NCBI GenBank assembly: GCA_047602405.1
Contig: JASGHJ010000001.1
Span: 2,048,001 to 2,112,000, forward strand
Reading direction: 5' to 3'
Origin: Anaeromyxobacteraceae bacterium
Lineage (GTDB): Bacteria > Myxococcota > Myxococcia > Myxococcales > Anaeromyxobacteraceae
DNA: 64,000 nucleotides
The translations under genes were made by a program, and so were the position numbers. Positions 1 through 10,988 of this stretch are shown in pieces. Under the pieces are notes generated by a model. The model ran no database searches and had not been told where the DNA came from. It saw only the letters and a list, made by a program, of their open reading frames with translations. Position 1 is the stretch's first letter. Every line of letters starts with the position of its first letter.

Positions 1-95
1 AGCCGCTCATGATGGTCTTCCTGGGCGGCACGGTCGGGTACTTCATGATCGCGATGTACCTCCCGATCTTCACGATGGCGAGCGGCGTGAAGTAG
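1..95 (+). CDS. pilC: Type IV pilus inner-membrane platform protein PilC, 3' end only
   Basis: Frame from nt 3 reads PLMMVFLGGTVGYFMIAMYLPIFTMASGVK* (TAG 93-95), the typical PilC/GspF C-terminus; lies directly upstream of pilS-pilR. Confidence 0.9.
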   Translation, partial: PLMMVFLGGTVGYFMIAMYLPIFTMASGVK

Positions 96-97
96 CC

Positions 98-1720
98 GTG
101 GACTCCCCCGCGGTGGCCGGGCCGGCGCGCGAGGCCGCGGCGGCCGGTCCGGGCGACGGGCTGTACCGGCGCCTCGTCTGGCTCACCTTCTTCCGGATCG
201 TCGCCGTCACGGTGCTGCTCGGCGGCGCCGCGCTCGCGGGCCTGCGGGGCGGCGAGGACGTCGTCGAGGCGCTGGCGCCGTTCTTCGGTCTCGTCGTCGC
301 CACCTACGCCTCGGCGCTCGTCGCCTCCATGCTGCTTCTGCGCCGGCGGGCGCTGGCCGCGACGGCGTGGGGCCACGTCGTCATCGACGTCGCGGTCGCC
401 TCGGCGCTGGTGGGCTACACGGGCGGCACCGACAGCGTCTTCGTCTTCCTGTACTCGCTCGCCATCGGCTCCGGCGCGATCCTGCTCCTCGCCCGCGGCG
501 CGGTGGTCGCCGGCGTGCTCGCGATCCTCACGCACGTGACCGTGTCGATCGCCTTCGCGCCGCCCCACGCGAAGGGCATCGCGTTCGCGCTCTTCACCCA
601 GTCCGCGGCGCTCGCGGGCACCGCCGCCCTCGCCGGCTACCTCGCCACCCAGCTGCGCCGCGCGGGCGAGCGCCTGGCGGCCCGGGAGAGCGACCTCGCG
701 GTGATCACCGCGCTGCACGAGACCATCGTGCAGTCGATGACCTCCGGCCTCCTCACCCTGGACCCGGCCGGGCGGGTCACCTTCCTCAACCGCGCCGGCG
801 AGCTCATGTTCGGCGTCACCTCCGACGCCGCGCGGGGGCGGCGCTCGGCCGAGCTCTTCCCGGCCTTCCAGGCCGAGACCGGCCGCGGCGAGCTCGAGTA
901 CGCGAACCAGCGCGGCGAGAGGCTGCGCCTCGGCTACTCGTCCTTCCCGCTGGTGGTCGAGGCGGGCGCGCGGGTCGGCACCGCGGTCATCTTCCAGGAC
1001 CTCACCCGGCTGCGCAGCATGGAGGAGGCGGTGCAGCGCTCGGCGCGGCTCGCCGACCTCGGGCGCGTGGCCGCCGGCCTCGCCCACGAGCTGCGCAACC
1101 CGCTCGCCTCGATGTCCGGCTCGCTGGAGCTCCTCGCCGGCCAGGCGGCTGCCACCGAGGAGGACCGCAAGCTCATGGGCATCGTGCTCCGCGAGGCCTC
1201 GCGCCTCGAGGAGCTCGTCTCCGACTTCCTGCGCTTCGCTCGCCCCCCGCCGATCCGGCGCGCCCCGGCCGACCTCGCCTCCATGCTCGACGAGATGCTG
1301 CGGGTCTTCGCCTTCGACCCCGCCGCGGCGGGCGTCACGGTCACCCGCGAGCTCACGCCCACCCAGGCCGAGTGCGACCTGGACCAGATCCGGCAGGTGG
1401 CGTGGAACCTGGTCGTGAACGCCGCCCACGCGGTGCGCGCCGCCCACCCGGACGGCGGCGGCACCATCCGCGTCCGCTGCGCGCCGGAGGGTGACCTCGT
1501 GCGCTTCGTGGTCGAGGACGACGGCGGCGGCATCCCGCCGGACGACCTCGAGAAGATCTTCATGCCGTTCTTCACCACCAAGGAGCGCGGCTCCGGGCTC
1601 GGCCTCGCGGCCGTGCACCGGGTGGTCGACGCCCACGGCGGCAGCGTGTCGGTCGAGTCCGCGCCGGGCGAGGGCGCCCGCTTCACCGTGCGCCTGCCCG
1701 CGCGCGAGGTCGCGGTCTAG
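98..1720 (+). CDS. pilS: Membrane sensor histidine kinase PilS
   Basis: About 6 N-terminal TM segments, PAS-like region, H-box LAHELRNPL, N-box NLVVNA, DDGGGI, PFFTTK, GSGLGL; pilC-pilS-pilR order. Confidence 0.9.
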   Translation: MDSPAVAGPAREAAAAGPGDGLYRRLVWLTFFRIVAVTVLLGGAALAGLRGGEDVVEALAPFFGLVVATYASALVASMLLLRRRALAATAWGHVVIDVAVASALVGYTGGTDSVFVFLYSLAIGSGAILLLARGAVVAGVLAILTHVTVSIAFAPPHAKGIAFALFTQSAALAGTAALAGYLATQLRRAGERLAARESDLAVITALHETIVQSMTSGLLTLDPAGRVTFLNRAGELMFGVTSDAARGRRSAELFPAFQAETGRGELEYANQRGERLRLGYSSFPLVVEAGARVGTAVIFQDLTRLRSMEEAVQRSARLADLGRVAAGLAHELRNPLASMSGSLELLAGQAAATEEDRKLMGIVLREASRLEELVSDFLRFARPPPIRRAPADLASMLDEMLRVFAFDPAAAGVTVTRELTPTQAECDLDQIRQVAWNLVVNAAHAVRAAHPDGGGTIRVRCAPEGDLVRFVVEDDGGGIPPDDLEKIFMPFFTTKERGSGLGLAAVHRVVDAHGGSVSVESAPGEGARFTVRLPAREVAV

Positions 1721-1754
1721 GGCCCCGGCCGGGCCCGGGTTAGTATCCCCGCCC

Positions 1755-3125
<1,371 letters not shown>

Positions 3126-3149
3126 GCTGGCCCGTTCGGGCCGGCTCCA

Positions 3150-4038
3150 TGGGCAAACGGTACCTTGGGGGCGAAACGCGCCTCCGCGACGGCGCTTGCT
3201 CGGACGGGTTTGAGACGGAAGAGATCGCCGGAACCGTGGCCGTTCCATGGCGGTGATCGTGGCAGCAGGCCTGCACGCGAGTTGCGCGTGACGACGCCGT
3301 GCGCTTCGCGCACGTCACCGTCACACGCCCTCGTCGCTTGGCCTGCATTGCCCCGATGTGGAGGCGGTACCTCGCCCGTCGCTCGCTGCGCGCCGCTGCG
3401 GAGACGCGTTTCGCCCTCGGGCGTGACGGACGGAGGTCGGCCGTGGATGCCGGGTGCTGGTGTTGAACTGATGGTGAGATCGGGGTGAGGGTGACGCTGA
3501 CGCTGACGGTGGTGATGATGAGCGTGAGACCGATCGCTCACGCTTTCCGGCGTTCGAGCATCAACTGTCGTAGAGCGACAGGATTACTGACCCCCTCACG
3601 ACACCAATTCTGACCCCCCCCACTCCCCTACCGCCTTTGACGCCCAACGCGTAACGCGTAACCCCTGACGCGTAACGCGTAACCCCCAACCCCCAGCGCC
3701 CCACCTTCTTCACCATCAGTTCATTACCAGCTACCCAGCAACATCGGCCGACCTCAGTCCGGTACGCCCGAGGGCAAAACGTGCCTCCGCAGCGACGGCC
3801 GGCGGAGGTCGGGCTCTCCACGTCTCCAGGATCCTAGCGATTGCAGGCCAAGCGACGAGGGCGTGTGACGGCGACGTGCGCGCAGCGCACGGCGTCGTCA
3901 CGCGCAACTCGCGTGCAGGCCTGCCGCGGCCTATGCGATCGCAGCTACCCCGGTTCCGGGCGTCTGCACCATACACAGACCGACGCAGCCGGCCGGCGTC
4001 GCGGAGGCGCGTTTTGCCCGCAAGGCACCGTCTGCCCA
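3150..4038. repeat. Long imperfect inverted repeat (arms ~3150-3477 and ~3710-4038) with a ~230-bp spacer; possible non-autonomous element
   Basis: 3265-3347 is the reverse complement of 3842-3924 with 2 mismatches in 83 nt. 3150-3192 vs 3996-4038 and 3393-3477 vs 3710-3794 also match in inverted orientation. Confidence 0.85.
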
Positions 4039-4077
4039 CACGGGCGGGCCCCTGCCCAGAGGGGGAGGAGGGGAGGG

Positions 4078-4108
4078 GGCCCGCGGACGCAAGGAGCGTC
4101 CGCGGGCC
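4078..4108. terminator. 13-bp GC hairpin just downstream of the pilY1 stop; possible terminator or 3' stabiliser
   Basis: GGCCCGCGGACGC-AAGGA-GCGTCCGCGGGCC; no U-tract. Confidence 0.5.
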
Positions 4109-4115
4109 GTGGAGG

Positions 4116-7100
4116 CTACTCGCAGACGCTGGCCGAGGTGGCCACGTCGTGGCGGCAGGCGTGGGCCTGGCGCGGGATCTCCAGCCAGAAGGCGCCGGAG
4201 CCACCGAGCTTGCGGGTGCCCGCGCCGGTGGTGTTGGCCTGCGAGTTGTTGATGGCCTGGCTCGAGTAGGACACCGTCTTCTTGTTGGTGTTCACACCCA
4301 CGATCACCTGCGAGGCGTTGGGCGCCGCGGTGACGTTGGAGAGGGCCGCCACCGCGTCGATGCCGCCGGAGCAGGAGGTGGTCGGGGAGCCGGAGAGGTA
4401 GTCGGTGCCGTAGGCGTAGGCGACCGGCGTGCCGAGGGTGCCGGAGCACGGGTCCACCGTGGTGGTGGTGCCGACCGGGCGGAACGAGCTCCAGAACGTG
4501 CAGCCGAGGACGACGGTGGCGTTGGAGCCGGTCTTCTCGTCGACCCAGGGCGGCGTGTCGGTGCAGGCCGAGAGCGGGCAGACGTCGCCGTACTGGTAGT
4601 ACCAGCCCGGGCCGGTGGCCGAGGAGCGGCAGGAGGTGGCGGCGCCGCCGCCGAGGCAGGTGCCGTCCTTCTGCGCCTTCGTCACGTCGGTCAGGGCGCA
4701 CGGGCCGCCGGCGCAGGTGGTGGCGCCGCCGAAGGCGATGTCGGTGAAGCGGTGTTGGTCGAACGTCTTCGCCGCCGCGAGGGTGTCGAAGGTCTTCGTG
4801 GTCGCGGTGGTGGGGCCGGAGCCGTACGACCAGAAGCCGAAGAAGCGGGCGTGCGTCGGCCCCGTGAAGGCGACGTTCGACACGGTCCGCTCGCCGATGG
4901 GCGTGACGGTGCAGAGGCCGCTGCCGCTGCAGGAGGTCGTGCCGATGGCGTCGGGGAGCGCGCCGATGCCCGGGCAGTTGAGCTTCACGGTCTCCTTCGC
5001 GAGGTACGTGTCCGCGCCCGCCGAGCAGGTGGTCGCGGTGAGGCTGCCGCCGTGGGCGTAGGTGAGCACGCCGCCGTTGCAGACGAACTTGTCGGTGCGG
5101 TTGTAGCCGGTGGAGTAGCTGCGCTCGAGCTGCGACTCCGTGGTGCAGCCCGCCTTGCAGCAGCCGAGCAGGTCGTCGTTCTCGCAGTTCGCGGTCGTCG
5201 TCATGAGGCGCTCGCGGTTGCCGGAGCCGAGGTAGGTGCGCAGCGAGCGGGTCGAGGCGTCGTAGACGTTGCTCGTCATGTAGAAGAACTCGTTGCGGCC
5301 GGCGATCCGCTGCGCGTCGTCGGCCTGGCGGCGCTGCTCGAACGTGCGGCTCGCGAACCAGTTCGTGACCTTGCCGCTCGTGACGTCGAGCGTGCCGGGG
5401 CTCCAGAAGCGCGCCACCCAGACGTTGCCGCCGAGGTCGCCCCAGGTCGCGGTGTCGAAGAACCCGTCGTTGTCGATGGTGCGCTTCGACGAGTCGCCCA
5501 CGTCGAGGAGGGAGATGCCGGCGGGGACCGGGAACATGTGCCCGGGGCGGGCGTAGGTCGAGCCCCAGTCGTCGTCGGTGAAGCGCCAGATCGACTTGCC
5601 GGACCAGACGTCGACGAAGAAGACCGCGCGGCCCTGGTTGAGCGAGGGGTCGTAGCCGCCGTTGATCGCGACGATCCACTTCTCCGCGAAGCCGCGCAGG
5701 CTGTCGTTCGCGGTGGGGGTGGTCTCGACCACCCGCACCGGGCCGATGGGCGGCGGCTTCGGCGCGAAGTCGGACCAGGTCTGCCCGATGAGGTCGGCGT
5801 CCTCGGCGCAGCCCTCGGGGTAGTTCCACAGGAGGGCCGGGCGGCCCTTCGTGGTCGCGGTGGCGGAGCCGGAGCCCTGGGGCTTGCCCGGGGCGGTCAC
5901 GTCGAGCGCGGTGTACTGGTTCCCGCCCGTGCGGCGGCCGAACACGATGATGGTGTGGAACTCGTGCGCCTGCTTCACGCCGTCGCGGTCGGTGGTGACG
6001 GAGAGGTCGGTGGTGGCGCCGTCCTGCTGGACGCTCCCGTCCACCCAGACGTCCTGGGCCATGACCGAGGCGTCCACGAGGTACTGGTGGCCGTCGAGCA
6101 GGTTCTTGAGGCGCGGCAGGACGTCGATGGGGATGAAGCCCCAGATCTCCTCGCCGGTGCCGGGGTTGTACTGGTCGGTGGAGAGCTCCGCGGAGGTCGA
6201 CAGGTAGGTGCCGGCGTCGAACGCGTGCAGGATGCCGTCGTTGCCGCCGACGAAGAGCACGCGGTTGCGGTTGAGCGCCGCGGCGCGGAACACGTTGTAG
6301 GTGTCGAGGGTGACCGTGCCCGAGGTGGGCATCGGCGTCATCTTCGGGAACAGCGGGGTCGAGAAGAGCGTGGGCTTGCACTGCTTCTCGAGGCCCGTCG
6401 CGCACAGGAACTCGTGGACCGGCGCCGCGACCACGGCCGGGGAGCTGTGGGCGATGTCGCCGAGCTTCCAGAAGAGCGGGGTGGTCCGCCCGTCCTGGGC
6501 GCGGTCGCGCTCCTCGCCCTTCGTCCCGCGCTGGCAGCCGGCGGCGTTGGTCTTGCCCGGGCCGGCGCAGCCGTCGCCGTCCTGGTCGAGGACGTCCCAG
6601 CCGCGCACGAAGTAGATGACCTCCCGGGCGCACTCCTGGAGCGGCGCCGCGCTCACGATGCCGAGGCGCGCGAGCAGGGTCGTGCACCAGGGCCCGTCCA
6701 TGTTCAGGTACGGCAGGAGCGTCGCCGCGTTCGCCGCGGTGAACTCGACGCGGTTGCCCGCGACCCAGGTGAACAGGGTGCGGGCGTTCGTCGCGGTCTC
6801 GTCTGCCGAGCGGTAGCCGGTCTTGGTCGAGTCGGAGAGGACGCGGCCGGCGTCCCAGGGCAGGTTCGCGGCGGTGGTCGTGCCGGCCTTGAGGAAGTCG
6901 CCGGTGGCGGCGTCCTCGGCGATGCGGTTGCAGTCCTTGTCGACGAGGAACGTGCTCGTGCACTTGTCGTCGCCGTCGAGGTCGGAGGAGACGACGTGCC
7001 CCTGGCAGGTGACGTCGGGGGCCGCGCCGCCCTCCTTGCAGCCGTTCAGCTTCTCGTCGAACACGAAGGCCTCGAACACGTGGCCCTCCCACGGGAAGGA

Positions 7101-9107
7101 CTCGTTCGGCTTGAAGCGGGTGACGAAGGCCTCGGAGGTCGTGTACTGCGTCGTCTGCAGGGAGTTCGCGCTCGCGACCGAGAACGAGTTCAGCTTCGGG
7201 ATCACCGAGCGGACCGCGTTGTAGACGGCGTTCGAGAGCTCGTCCTCGCTGCCGGCCACCGCGAAGGTGCCGCCGCCCATGTTGGCGGTCGCGTGGAGGA
7301 TGTTGTACGCGCGCGGGTCGAGCTGGCTCATCGTGTTGAAGCCGATGGTGTGGATCGTGAGCGCCTGCTTCGAGCCGGTGGAGAAGTCGGTGCGCAGCTG
7401 GGTGTTGTGCAGCCAGGAGGCGATGCGCGGGAGCGGGCTCAGCTTCGTCGTCTCCGACGGCGAGTAGCAGCTGCAGCTGGCGATCGTGCTGCAGGCCGCG
7501 CCCGCGGCCGTGCACGCGGCGCACGGGCAGGTCGTGCAGGCGCTCGTGTCGGTGGCCGGGTCGGCCGCGGCGTAGCACGCCGCGCAGCTCGCGCGACCGC
7601 AGTTGGTGGTCAGGTTGTAGGTGGTGGAGTCCCAGTTCGTGACGGCCGTGGGGAACGTGATCTCGCTGTTCGGCGAGCCGTCGGTGACCGCGATGATCGT
7701 GCTGTTCTGGCAGGCCCAGCAGAACGAGCACTGGACGTTGCCGGGCTTCGTCACCCAGGCGGCGTTCACCTTCCCGGCGCTCTTCTCGTTGAAGGCGGCG
7801 AGCTCGTAGGTGGCGCCGAACTTGTTCTTGTAGAGATCCTTCGAGGTGAAGTACTGGCCGACGTTGAAGACGGCGCTGCCGAGCGGCGTGCTCCCCGAGG
7901 CCGGGTTGAAGAAGCCGCCGGTGATGGTGGTGCCGTCGACGACGGTGTTGAGGGCAATGTCCTTGTAGTGGGTCTGGTCGTAGTTCAGCGTCGAGAGGAT
8001 GTACTGCCGCGACTGCCGGAAGCCGTCGAAGGTGGGCGGGTAGGACGAGGCCTTGTCCGGGCCGAGCGGGACGATGAGCTGGGCGCGCTGGTTGCCGCCC
8101 GCGCCGGAGTCGAGGATCGCGAGGCCGAGGCGGACCTGGTCGAGCTGCAGCTGCTCGCCCGTGTCGGCGCGGTCCATCCAGGCGAGGTTTTTCACCACCG
8201 TCTTCGCCGACATGAACTTCGGCGGGTTCGCGTTCAGGAAGGTGCCCTTGAAGAGCGGCACGCCGGTCGCGCTGGAGAAGCCGCCGGGCGACCACTTCGA
8301 GGTCCCCGCGTTGTACGTGCAGGTCCCCTCCGCGGCCCACTTGATCCGGTAGAAGTAGAACCCGCGGGTCGACATGCAGGTCGAGCACGCGGCGCCGAGG
8401 TCGATGGGGTTGCCGGCGCAGTCCTTGATGACGTTGCCGCTGCCGTCGACCGCGGTGCAGGTCTTCGCGAGCGTGGCGGCGGTCGCGTCGGACGCCGGGT
8501 CGTCGTGCTGGAAGCGGGTCGCCTTGAAGCTCGCGGCGGTGCTGCCCACCGTCCAGCTCGCGTAGCGGTAGACGGCCTTCGGGTCGAACATGCACCTGTC
8601 GCCCGTGCACTTCGTCGCGCAGGCGGCCCCGCCGTTGCCCCACGGCGGGCAATCCCAGAGGAGGTCGTTCGTCCGGCCCGGGTCGGCGTAGGTCGTCTTG
8701 GGCGTGACGTTCTCCATCCACTTCAGCTGCGGCCCGGTGCCGTCGGTCGCGGGCGTGCACGTGCCCTTGATCGACACGAACAGCGGGGAGACCTGGGCGG
8801 TCGTCGACGGGTTGACCGGCGAGGTGAGCGAGGGCGACTTGCAGGTGCCGGGCGCGCTGCCGTCGTTCCAGCTGTAGTCGCCGCACTGGGTGAAGTCGTA
8901 CATCGACCCCGAGGTGTCGAGCGTCAGCATGACCGACGCCGGGCCCGACGGCAGCTTGAAGAAGGCCTCGTCGCCCACGACCGGCGCGGTGAGCTGGGAG
9001 GCGAGCGAGGTGGTGTTCACGCAGCAGGTGGTCGTCGCGCCGTCGCCCGCGAGGGGCAGGAGGGCGAGGAGGGCCGCGAGGGGCAGGATGGCGCTGAGCT
9101 TCTTCAC
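4116..9107 (-). CDS. pilY1: PilY1-family pilus tip adhesin (vWA plus beta-propeller), Cys-rich, 1663 aa
   Basis: Signal peptide; MIDAS-like LDTSGSM, VTDG, IHTIGF; propeller motifs KLGDIAHSSP, GGNDGILHAF, GEEIWGFIP; Ca-loop-like IDNDGFFD; last gene of the minor pilin operon. Confidence 0.9.
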   Translation of the reverse strand: MKKLSAILPLAALLALLPLAGDGATTTCCVNTTSLASQLTAPVVGDEAFFKLPSGPASVMLTLDTSGSMYDFTQCGDYSWNDGSAPGTCKSPSLTSPVNPSTTAQVSPLFVSIKGTCTPATDGTGPQLKWMENVTPKTTYADPGRTNDLLWDCPPWGNGGAACATKCTGDRCMFDPKAVYRYASWTVGSTAASFKATRFQHDDPASDATAATLAKTCTAVDGSGNVIKDCAGNPIDLGAACSTCMSTRGFYFYRIKWAAEGTCTYNAGTSKWSPGGFSSATGVPLFKGTFLNANPPKFMSAKTVVKNLAWMDRADTGEQLQLDQVRLGLAILDSGAGGNQRAQLIVPLGPDKASSYPPTFDGFRQSRQYILSTLNYDQTHYKDIALNTVVDGTTITGGFFNPASGSTPLGSAVFNVGQYFTSKDLYKNKFGATYELAAFNEKSAGKVNAAWVTKPGNVQCSFCWACQNSTIIAVTDGSPNSEITFPTAVTNWDSTTYNLTTNCGRASCAACYAAADPATDTSACTTCPCAACTAAGAACSTIASCSCYSPSETTKLSPLPRIASWLHNTQLRTDFSTGSKQALTIHTIGFNTMSQLDPRAYNILHATANMGGGTFAVAGSEDELSNAVYNAVRSVIPKLNSFSVASANSLQTTQYTTSEAFVTRFKPNESFPWEGHVFEAFVFDEKLNGCKEGGAAPDVTCQGHVVSSDLDGDDKCTSTFLVDKDCNRIAEDAATGDFLKAGTTTAANLPWDAGRVLSDSTKTGYRSADETATNARTLFTWVAGNRVEFTAANAATLLPYLNMDGPWCTTLLARLGIVSAAPLQECAREVIYFVRGWDVLDQDGDGCAGPGKTNAAGCQRGTKGEERDRAQDGRTTPLFWKLGDIAHSSPAVVAAPVHEFLCATGLEKQCKPTLFSTPLFPKMTPMPTSGTVTLDTYNVFRAAALNRNRVLFVGGNDGILHAFDAGTYLSTSAELSTDQYNPGTGEEIWGFIPIDVLPRLKNLLDGHQYLVDASVMAQDVWVDGSVQQDGATTDLSVTTDRDGVKQAHEFHTIIVFGRRTGGNQYTALDVTAPGKPQGSGSATATTKGRPALLWNYPEGCAEDADLIGQTWSDFAPKPPPIGPVRVVETTPTANDSLRGFAEKWIVAINGGYDPSLNQGRAVFFVDVWSGKSIWRFTDDDWGSTYARPGHMFPVPAGISLLDVGDSSKRTIDNDGFFDTATWGDLGGNVWVARFWSPGTLDVTSGKVTNWFASRTFEQRRQADDAQRIAGRNEFFYMTSNVYDASTRSLRTYLGSGNRERLMTTTANCENDDLLGCCKAGCTTESQLERSYSTGYNRTDKFVCNGGVLTYAHGGSLTATTCSAGADTYLAKETVKLNCPGIGALPDAIGTTSCSGSGLCTVTPIGERTVSNVAFTGPTHARFFGFWSYGSGPTTATTKTFDTLAAAKTFDQHRFTDIAFGGATTCAGGPCALTDVTKAQKDGTCLGGGAATSCRSSATGPGWYYQYGDVCPLSACTDTPPWVDEKTGSNATVVLGCTFWSSFRPVGTTTTVDPCSGTLGTPVAYAYGTDYLSGSPTTSCSGGIDAVAALSNVTAAPNASQVIVGVNTNKKTVSYSSQAINNSQANTTGAGTRKLGGSGAFWLEIPRQAHACRHDVATSASVCE

Positions 9108-9116
9108 GGGATCCTC

Positions 9117-9689
9117 CTAGAGGCCGTAGCGGATGCCGAACTCGACCTCGAGCTGGCGCCCACCCTGGACCACGCCGTCCTGGCAGCGGACGATCACCTT
9201 GTACGGCTTGCCGCCGAGCCCGCCGGTGGCGCTGATCACGTTGGAGATGTCGGACGGGGTCGCGCCCGCGGAGCCGAACGCGGTGTCGCCGAGCGCGGTC
9301 ACCTGCGTGATGCGGACCTGCTCGATCTCGGTCGCGGTGCCCACCGGCTGGTCGTAGTGGCCGCCGATCACCCGGGTGGCGCCGTTGCCGGTGGTCGTGC
9401 CGAGCTCGACGTTGAGCGCCTGCACGTTGGCCGGGAACCCCAGCAGGTGGAACTGCGAGACGAGCATCTGGCGCGCGGCCGCGGCGCAGGCCACGAGCGC
9501 CTGCTCCTGCTTGAGCGCGGTCGCGCCGGCGACCTCGCGCGACGCGAAGCGGACGATGCCGACCGCGAGGACCATGACGACCATGATCACGATCACCGCG
9601 GTGAGCAGCGCGCTGCCCCGCGGCGACGACCGCCGGAGGGACGCGAGGGTGGAGCGGCCGGTGGCCGGCCTCGGTTCGTTGGTGCGCAT
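9117..9689 (-). CDS. pilX: Minor pilin PilX-like
   Basis: ATG 9689; class III-like signal PRG|SALLTAVIVIMVV lacking Glu5, as is typical of PilX; lies between pilW and pilY1. Confidence 0.75.
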   Translation of the reverse strand: MRTNEPRPATGRSTLASLRRSSPRGSALLTAVIVIMVVMVLAVGIVRFASREVAGATALKQEQALVACAAAARQMLVSQFHLLGFPANVQALNVELGTTTGNGATRVIGGHYDQPVGTATEIEQVRITQVTALGDTAFGSAGATPSDISNVISATGGLGGKPYKVIVRCQDGVVQGGRQLEVEFGIRYGL

Positions 9690-9697
9690 GGCGTTCC

Positions 9698-10984
9698 TCA
9701 CCCTCCGCCCGCGTTGAGCGCGGTGGCGCCGGTGATGTCGTACGTCGGGTAGTACGGGACCTCGGCCGCGAGGTTCTGGACCGGGACCGTGGTCTGGACC
9801 GTGAGCCGCTTGAAGTTGTCGCCCGGGTTCACGGTCGCCGCGCGGTTGCCCAGCGCGGGGAGATCGTCGCCCGGGATGGCGATGTCGGGCGTGGGGGCCC
9901 GGACCACGAGGCTGACCTGGACCGCCCGGATGTTGCCGGGGTGGTGGCTGGACTTGTTCGTGACCGGGGTGTCGACCGTGGGCTCGGGATCGCCGAAGAC
10001 GGGCGCGGTGGCGGCGAGGTCGATGCCCGCCGCGTCGGCGGTGATCGCCGTGTTCGCCACGGTGCCGACCATCCGGTTCGCGGTGGCGAGCGGGAACACG
10101 TACGCGAGCTGCAGGTCCTCGACGTCCGGCGAGATCACGCTCTCGATGCGTGCGCCGTCGGCGCCGAAGAGCCCCTGCTCGAGCATGAGGAAGGGGCGCG
10201 AGCCGGCGGTGCCCCAGGGGACCTCGACGCCGAGGGCGGAGTAGTTGCGGATGAAGTAGTGGTAGCGGTCGACCTTGAAGACCTTGGCGGCCGCGTCGAA
10301 GGTGGCGGTGGCGACCTTCGGGTAGGTGGTGGCGGCGCTGTCGACGGTGGCCACCGTCGAGAAGCACGCGTCCCCGAGGACGCCGGCCTGGTTCGGGAAG
10401 CCGGTCCCCCCGTTCGCGATCGTGAGCGTGACCTCGTCGGCCGTGGTGGCGGGGGCCTCCGCCGTGAGGGTGACGTACGCCCACCGGTAGGTCCCCGAGT
10501 AGCACATGACCTGCAGGAGCTGGCCGGCGCGGAGCGGCTGCTTGAGGGGGCCGGAGATCTTCATCGTGCCGCCGCCGTAGCCCTGCGTGACGACGTGCGG
10601 GCCGAAGATGGTGTCGCGGGTGATGAACGAGACCTCGTCGGGGCCGTCGGTCCGGTCGCGGCAGAGCGCGAGCGCGGCGTTGCAGTTCGCGCCCGCCACC
10701 GCGAAGGTGAAGTTCGCGGGGCTCGCCTCCATGCGCGCGGCGGCCTGGTCCCCGAAGTCGAAGGCGACGGCCGGGTCGACGCCGTAGCCGGCCCGGCGCA
10801 GGTTGCCCGAGATCTCGGAGAGCGCGATGCGGGCCGCCTCCTGCAGTGCCCGGTCCTGCGTGCCGGTCTGGAACGAGCGCATCTGCCCGTTCAGGAGCGC
10901 GATGGCGCCCGCGATGATGACGAAGGCGACGGCGATGGAGATCAGGAGCTCGACGAGCGAGTAGCCACGGGGGGAGCGGATCAT
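9698..10984 (-). CDS. pilW: Minor pilin PilW-like
   Basis: RG|YSLVELLISIAV prepilin motif; LRRAGYG motif; VEDLQLAY and IRAVQVSLVVR near the C-terminus. Confidence 0.85.
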   Translation of the reverse strand: MIRSPRGYSLVELLISIAVAFVIIAGAIALLNGQMRSFQTGTQDRALQEAARIALSEISGNLRRAGYGVDPAVAFDFGDQAAARMEASPANFTFAVAGANCNAALALCRDRTDGPDEVSFITRDTIFGPHVVTQGYGGGTMKISGPLKQPLRAGQLLQVMCYSGTYRWAYVTLTAEAPATTADEVTLTIANGGTGFPNQAGVLGDACFSTVATVDSAATTYPKVATATFDAAAKVFKVDRYHYFIRNYSALGVEVPWGTAGSRPFLMLEQGLFGADGARIESVISPDVEDLQLAYVFPLATANRMVGTVANTAITADAAGIDLAATAPVFGDPEPTVDTPVTNKSSHHPGNIRAVQVSLVVRAPTPDIAIPGDDLPALGNRAATVNPGDNFKRLTVQTTVPVQNLAAEVPYYPTYDITGATALNAGGG

Positions 10985-10988
10985 GGGG

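Noticed and set aside
3876..9752. Very long alternative-frame ORFs (3876-9752 +, 3931-8886 -, 30654-35885 -, 39081-47270 - and similar)
   Set aside because: Arg/Gly/Ala/Pro-rich shadows of real genes caused by extreme GC3 bias and stop-codon scarcity; no motifs.
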